In this document: piece by piece, positions 26,051 to 30,308 of the stretch
Layout of the letters: each line of letters begins with the position of its first letter
Position numbering within the stretch: position 1 is the first letter of the stretch
Virus genome (UHGV): UHGV-0218987
Length of the DNA stretch: 30,308 nt
Reading direction: 5' to 3' (one strand)
Origin: a virus
The notes under the pieces: generated by a model
The model's input: the letters and a program-made list of their open reading frames with translations, nothing else
Told to the model about the DNA's origin: nothing
Database searches by the model: none
Translations under genes and position numbers: made by a program

Positions 26051-26078
26051 AGCCAGCCTATGAGCTGGCTTTGTTTTA
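26051..26078 (+). terminator. Rho-independent terminator after the Gp49-like gene
   Basis: Stem AGCCAGC-CTATGA-GCTGGCT followed by TTGTTTTA. Confidence 0.65.
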
Positions 26079-26120
26079 TCCTCACCAGAGGATATCAACG
26101 ACATTATCCCCACCAGCGGA

Positions 26121-27596
26121 TTAAGCATAGGGATCGTAATCTGTGATGGCCTTGCCTTGCTGGTTCTGCTGACCGGGAATTCGCAGACGCTTCGACACAG
26201 GGAACGCAAACGTCAGCAGTAGCGCATCGCCTTTACCAGGAGAACGCCCAAGTCGCTCTTTGATATCTTCCTTCGGTTCGATAACGATTTTACCGTCCAC
26301 TCGAACTTTGTACTCTGCTGCCGACAGGTCGTCCGCTGTTTCCTGGTCATCAAGCATGCCGCCCAGCCTCAGCCATGTCTTGCATGAGTTGAACATCTCC
26401 CCACGCTTGTTGAGCATCTGCGGGTCAGTAGACGCGCCACCGAACGGAACAAGTTGCCATGTACGACCCCAGCCGTCACCGATTGACTTCAGACCAGTTC
26501 CGTAACCGAAGTCGATGAACACTGCGTCAGCCTGGTACTGGTCTTCAAAGTCAGCGATACGCTTCGCCATAATCAGATCGTCAGTGGTCTTGTTGCCGGT
26601 CCACAGCACCTTACTATGCAGCCCCTGCCGCAGGTATATCACAGCGTCATCAACACCGGAGTATGCCGGGTCAACGCCGATTATCACCGGAGCATGTGCC
26701 ACCTGCGCAGCGGTTATCACCCGTTTCATTGCCTCGTCAGTAAGTCCGGTAGGGATAAACTGCAATTCAGATGCATCAGGGAATATTCCGCGCACACGGA
26801 TTTTAACGAAGTCACTGTCTTCCCCGTAGTCATCAACCCATTTCTGCAACTGCTGTTTGTTGGTGCCTTCCACCGTCCGGCTGTCAATCTGCGCAGTTTT
26901 CCAGCGGTGTTTATACTTGCGGAAACATTCACGGAATCGCCCGGTATTACGCGTCGGGTTTCCGAACGCCACCCAAATAATCTCAGTGTCTTCGTCCGTA
27001 AGCGCACCCTCGGCAACTTCCCACACCAGATCCGCAATGTTCGACGCTTCATCGAATACCACGATGATGCGTTTGCGCTCGTTGTGTAGTCCTGCGAATG
27101 CCTCAGTGTTGTGCTCAGACCAGGGGATTGCGTCAGCTCGCCACCGCTTGTCGTGTCCAGGATCATTGCTGTACATCGCGGTAGCGGTGCAGGTGAACCA
27201 GTCTTTCGTGATAGCAAGGTTCGACCACTTGATAATTTCAGGCCAGGTCTTCGTTCGTAGCTGGTTGTCGGTGTTGGCGGTCACCACGACCTTACAATCC
27301 TCGCAAGTGGACATGCCCCAGTTGATCAGCATTGAGATGAATGCGGATTTACCAATACCGTGACCCGAAGCACGTGCCAGCATAAGCGGCTGATAGCGCG
27401 TCTCTGGATTCTGCAGGTGATCACGTATCTCTCGGAACGCATCAGCCTGCCACTGACGTGGACCTGTGGCATGTGCTAATTCAGTCCCCTCTTCCCCCCA
27501 CGGGAACGCATAGAGGGCATAGCCAAGCGGATCGTGAGTGAACCCTGCAATATCCTCGATCAACTGCTCTTCAGGAGATAACGCTGTATCTGTCAC
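26121..27596 (-). CDS. Terminase large subunit
   Basis: Walker A-like P-loop GHGIGKS near the N-terminus of a 491-aa ORF; start overlaps the stop of the upstream small-terminase-like gene. Confidence 0.8.
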   Translation of the reverse strand: MTDTALSPEEQLIEDIAGFTHDPLGYALYAFPWGEEGTELAHATGPRQWQADAFREIRDHLQNPETRYQPLMLARASGHGIGKSAFISMLINWGMSTCEDCKVVVTANTDNQLRTKTWPEIIKWSNLAITKDWFTCTATAMYSNDPGHDKRWRADAIPWSEHNTEAFAGLHNERKRIIVVFDEASNIADLVWEVAEGALTDEDTEIIWVAFGNPTRNTGRFRECFRKYKHRWKTAQIDSRTVEGTNKQQLQKWVDDYGEDSDFVKIRVRGIFPDASELQFIPTGLTDEAMKRVITAAQVAHAPVIIGVDPAYSGVDDAVIYLRQGLHSKVLWTGNKTTDDLIMAKRIADFEDQYQADAVFIDFGYGTGLKSIGDGWGRTWQLVPFGGASTDPQMLNKRGEMFNSCKTWLRLGGMLDDQETADDLSAAEYKVRVDGKIVIEPKEDIKERLGRSPGKGDALLLTFAFPVSKRLRIPGQQNQQGKAITDYDPYA

Positions 27597-28192
27597 TGAT
27601 TACCATCCTGACGTTCTTTGAGTCGCTTCCTGGCTGCCGCTATGCGATCAGCAATTGTCACATTCACATTAACATCCAGGCGTTCTTTGAATGCGTTGAC
27701 GTCGACGTGCTTACCAATCAGTTCGAGGTTCTTCACCTTGTCAGGCCATTTAATTTTTTTGAGGATTGTCTCTATCGAATCCTCGTTCATGTTCATGATG
27801 GTCGATGACAGATCAAAGCCACTAAGCGTAGTGCGCCAGATTTTCGGCCACTCACGGATTGGTTTAAGGCTCCCATCGTCGTTGAGGATATCGATCACGT
27901 CCATCTGGTCGATCTCCACTAGGCGCATGAGAACGTAATCAGCACTGACGCGCATTCGTTTGTTGCGCTCCTCCATCAACTCGGCAATCCGTTTTTGAAT
28001 GCGTTCATCGCGCATCATGACACAGGCTTTAACTGCCGCTGTATTTGGGGAGAATCCTGCGTTAATCGCTGCCTGAGTCTGGTTTTCAGGCGTTTTGATG
28101 TATGACTGGCAATAAGCCTCCTGCATTGCTGTTAGTGGCTTAAATTGCGTTGATTTGCGTTTATAGGTTTTAGGTTCAGCAGGCATCATAAC
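27593..28192 (-). CDS. Terminase small subunit (putative)
   Basis: Gene immediately upstream of and overlapping the large terminase; start taken at ATGATG 28192 (MMPAEPK…, GGTGG RBS) rather than the listed 28267. Confidence 0.55.
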   Translation of the reverse strand, partial: VMMPAEPKTYKRKSTQFKPLTAMQEAYCQSYIKTPENQTQAAINAGFSPNTAAVKACVMMRDERIQKRIAELMEERNKRMRVSADYVLMRLVEIDQMDVIDILNDDGSLKPIREWPKIWRTTLSGFDLSSTIMNMNEDSIETILKKIKWPDKVKNLELIGKHVDVNAFKERLDVNVNVTIADRIAAARKRLKERQDGNQ

Positions 28193-28263
28193 CACCGTGG
28201 TAATAGTTACCGTTGTGGTAATAGTACCATGCAAAATAAAGCCGCCATAGTTGGCGGCAGTAT

Positions 28264-28476
28264 TCAAAGTCCATCAAATTCATCGTAAAAACTCTCGTCA
28301 AGATACCCTTCCCATTTACCGCGAATGAAAATTACATCCTCGCCGCAAGGGTGCTGACTGTCGATAACTATATCCCTCCTGGCGCAACCATACTTATGCA
28401 TGAGAAATTTAACCTCTTTCGGAAAATTTGCTGAGTTATCTCTCATATCTTCAAGGTCGTAGCGTATTTTTGGCAT
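28264..28476 (-). CDS. Hypothetical small protein
   Basis: ORF with AAGGTG RBS before the ATG at 28476 (the listed start at 28497 is a GTG inside the palindrome). Confidence 0.4.
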   Translation of the reverse strand: MPKIRYDLEDMRDNSANFPKEVKFLMHKYGCARRDIVIDSQHPCGEDVIFIRGKWEGYLDESFYDEFDGL

Positions 28477-28485
28477 AACACCTTC

Positions 28486-28497
28486 GTGACATGTCAC
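28486..28497. repeat. 12-bp perfect palindrome GTGACATGTCAC (copy 3 of 3)
   Basis: Spans the stop codon of 28494..28832 and the region just upstream of the 28476 start; about 300 bp upstream of the small terminase gene. Confidence 0.8.
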
Positions 28498-28832
28498 ACT
28501 ATTAATTTCGTTTCATGCCAGCCTTTGGTCACCCAGCATTGCGAGTCACCATTACACGGGCATGAATTCACAGGAACTCTCTCGCCGCACTTACCGCAAC
28601 GTTTTCTGCTGATCGATTTTATACGCCCGCGCACGCGTGCATCATCCTGGCGGATCAGTAACGCTATATACTCACCAAATTCGTAAGGCGCGCGCCCGGG
28701 GCGACGCGTGGCACAGTTACGCTCCAGCATTTCAATTTCCTGAGCATCAAGCACAATTTCCAGCTTACGCACACCGGATTCAGCTTGTCTGGCTCTCTGA
28801 GCGGCTTTGCGCTCTGCTGCTGATTTAGCCAT
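28494..28832 (-). CDS. Putative DNA-binding regulator with C-terminal Cys-rich zinc-ribbon motif
   Basis: N-terminal basic helical region (KAAQRARQAESGVRKLEIVLDAQEIEMLE) and C-terminal CGKCG … CPC … C cluster; ATG at 28832 with AAGGTG RBS; translationally coupled to the ASCH-like gene. Confidence 0.45.
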   Translation of the reverse strand: MAKSAAERKAAQRARQAESGVRKLEIVLDAQEIEMLERNCATRRPGRAPYEFGEYIALLIRQDDARVRGRIKSISRKRCGKCGERVPVNSCPCNGDSQCWVTKGWHETKLIV

Positions 28833-29106
28833 CAATATTCACCTTTATCGCGAACACCTTTACCGGTTTATCGCCGAAGTGGGGATGTGTGATTGTCTTG
28901 ATTTCATATCCGTCATACGGAACATCAATTCTGCGGCTGGAATCGTCGCGCTTCGGATATCCCTTTGTGATAATCAGGCGGTCATACTTACGGTTAACGA
29001 GGCGCTTATTCCAGTAGTCATTACACAGGCGATACTCTTCCGTTTTCTCCCCGCGAATCATGGCATCGAAGTATTCACCTTTAACGGCAAGTTGCAGGTT
29101 AGCCAT
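28825..29106 (-). CDS. ASCH-domain protein
   Basis: Contains GEKTEEYR, an exact fit to the ASCH signature GxKxxExR; start at ATG 29106 with GGAGGTGA RBS and TAATG overlap with the upstream stop. Confidence 0.6.
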   Translation of the reverse strand: MANLQLAVKGEYFDAMIRGEKTEEYRLCNDYWNKRLVNRKYDRLIITKGYPKRDDSSRRIDVPYDGYEIKTITHPHFGDKPVKVFAIKVNIDG

Positions 29107-29366
29107 TACCTCACCTCCAGTCTCCATACAGCCTGACCAATCCGGCTGGCATGGGTATCTTTGGATACTGTTCCGTCTTTAGCCAGCTCCATAAGAATTT
29201 TGCGCAAATCTGCCGAACGCCATTCTTCATCAGGAAATTCCTTCTCCATTGCCAACCGCAGATTCCAGGTTGCCATCCTGAATGGATATTTCCCGCCGAG
29301 AGCTTTATCTTGCAGGGCAGCCCGGGAACGCATCACCTGCAAAACCTTCTCTTTTACATCCATCAT
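29106..29366 (-). CDS. Hypothetical protein
   Basis: Start taken at ATGATG 29366 with AGGAGG RBS and an ATGA stop/start overlap with the upstream gene; the listed start at 29423 is less likely. Confidence 0.5.
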   Translation of the reverse strand: MMDVKEKVLQVMRSRAALQDKALGGKYPFRMATWNLRLAMEKEFPDEEWRSADLRKILMELAKDGTVSKDTHASRIGQAVWRLEVR

Positions 29367-29701
29367 TTCGCCTCCTGCGGCGGTTCTGGTAGCAGCATCC
29401 AGTACAAGGCGTTCCCTAACCACGATAAAGTGCCGTCGCTCAACTCCACGTATTCCTCTTGTACCTGTCCTGCCATATACTCACCGTGCTTTGAATAAAT
29501 TAAAATCCAATCATCTTGAGCGGGCATTCGCTCACTACAGCTTATCCAACCACCCGGACTTACCGGAGAGTTGCCAGTCTTACGCATGGCAATCTCCACG
29601 ATTTCAACCATATCTCCTGGCAGAATTTTACAAAGCTGGCCAAAGCGCCTCTGCTGCCTGGCATACTCGAGGATGTGCTTCAGTTTGGTTCGATTAATCA
29701 T
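29363..29701 (-). CDS. Phage protein, DUF551-like C-terminal domain
   Basis: ATGA stop/start overlap with the upstream gene and GGGAGA RBS; C-terminal WISCSERMP…DDWILIY resembles the DUF551 pattern from memory. Confidence 0.4.
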   Translation of the reverse strand: MINRTKLKHILEYARQQRRFGQLCKILPGDMVEIVEIAMRKTGNSPVSPGGWISCSERMPAQDDWILIYSKHGEYMAGQVQEEYVELSDGTLSWLGNALYWMLLPEPPQEAK

Positions 29702-30084
29702 GATTTATCTCCCTTAAGCATGGCTGCACGGCAGGCGTTCCAGCCTCTCACCTCTGCAATAGCTGCAACAGCATCAACTGTGTACATGCTAAGAGGGTTA
29801 GGCATTGGTTTTTCTTCCGGTACTACTGGAACGGGTGGAGCGGCGTAGACCTCAATAATTCCATTATCAACAGGCCATTCTCCATCCTTGAGGTAGTCAC
29901 TTGTGCCGTCAACTTGCTGTTCTGCAATGTGGAATGCACCTATTGGTTTTGCTTCCAGTGATGCCAGCGCAATCCGTGCCAGCTCTTCCGCTTCTTCTGC
30001 TGGCAGTACAACGTTGCTACCAGGTCCGTATGTTTCGCGCCACTCCTTGATTGTCAGCAGTCGCTCTTTGGTAATAGTGATCAT
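29698..30084 (-). CDS. Hypothetical protein
   Basis: 128-aa ORF; start overlaps the stop of the truncated upstream ORF (ATGA) and stop overlaps the start of the DUF551-like gene. Confidence 0.5.
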   Translation of the reverse strand: MITITKERLLTIKEWRETYGPGSNVVLPAEEAEELARIALASLEAKPIGAFHIAEQQVDGTSDYLKDGEWPVDNGIIEVYAAPPVPVVPEEKPMPNPLSMYTVDAVAAIAEVRGWNACRAAMLKGDKS

Positions 30085-30308
30085 GCCGCGTTTCCTTCTT
30101 TCTTATTAACAATTACACCGTCATATATTTCATTAAGGTGCCCTCTCAACTCCATGCGCCTTAATGCAGATAACATGTAATCGCATTCAACCTGCTTATT
30201 CCCAATAAAAGGTTTATCTTCAGGGTTACCCCAACAGCAATTCCCCTTGGGCCATCCATGTACTTTCCGTACTCTTCCGTTAACAACGTGAAGTAATCCC
30301 CAGCCAGG
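30081..30308 (-). CDS. Hypothetical protein, 5'-truncated by the window end
   Basis: Minus-strand frame hand-translated as …GWPKGNCCWGNPEDKPF…LSALRRMELRGHLNEIYDGVIVNKKEGNAA*, open to the window edge and ending in an ATGA overlap with the next gene. Not in the supplied ORF track. Confidence 0.4.
   Translation of the reverse strand, partial: PGWGLLHVVNGRVRKVHGWPKGNCCWGNPEDKPFIGNKQVECDYMLSALRRMELRGHLNEIYDGVIVNKKEGNAA

Noticed and set aside
1-30308. CRISPR array, integrase or recombinase, or rRNA within the window
   Set aside because: No regularly spaced direct repeats, no tyrosine or serine recombinase-like ORF and no rRNA-like sequence were seen; the prophage integration module is presumably outside this window.

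Overview
This window reads as about 29 kb of the late region of a temperate, podovirus-like prophage (enterobacterial style), almost all encoded on the minus strand. Read from high to low coordinates: a tightly overlapping operon of small genes (DUF551-like, ASCH-like, zinc-finger DNA-binding protein), small and large terminase, portal, scaffold, HK97-like major capsid, T7 gp11/gp12-like tail tubular proteins, a block of large internal-virion (ejection) proteins including one with a lytic transglycosylase domain, an AT-rich tailspike with an SGNH/GDSL esterase domain, and finally a lysis cassette (holin, second membrane protein, GH19 endolysin, Rz with embedded Rz1). Three plus-strand insertions interrupt this: (1) a tRNA-Arg(UCU) plus Gp49-like gene between terminase and portal; (2) a cargo island between the ejection genes and the tailspike carrying a small gene behind a near-consensus LexA box, a Bro-N antirepressor-like gene whose C-terminal domain is a paralog of that small protein, and an AT-rich candidate YafO-like toxin with an overlapping upstream small ORF; (3) at 1-1100, two probable host or cargo genes. 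Two sequence families recur: a promoter-associated cassette (TTACC...AACCACATATG with ATTACCT-N3-AGGTAAT inverted repeats) and a perfect 12-bp palindrome GTGACATGTCAC present three times at gene 3' ends. All family assignments are from reading motifs by eye; no database search or computation was run. No CRISPR array, integrase or rRNA was seen.
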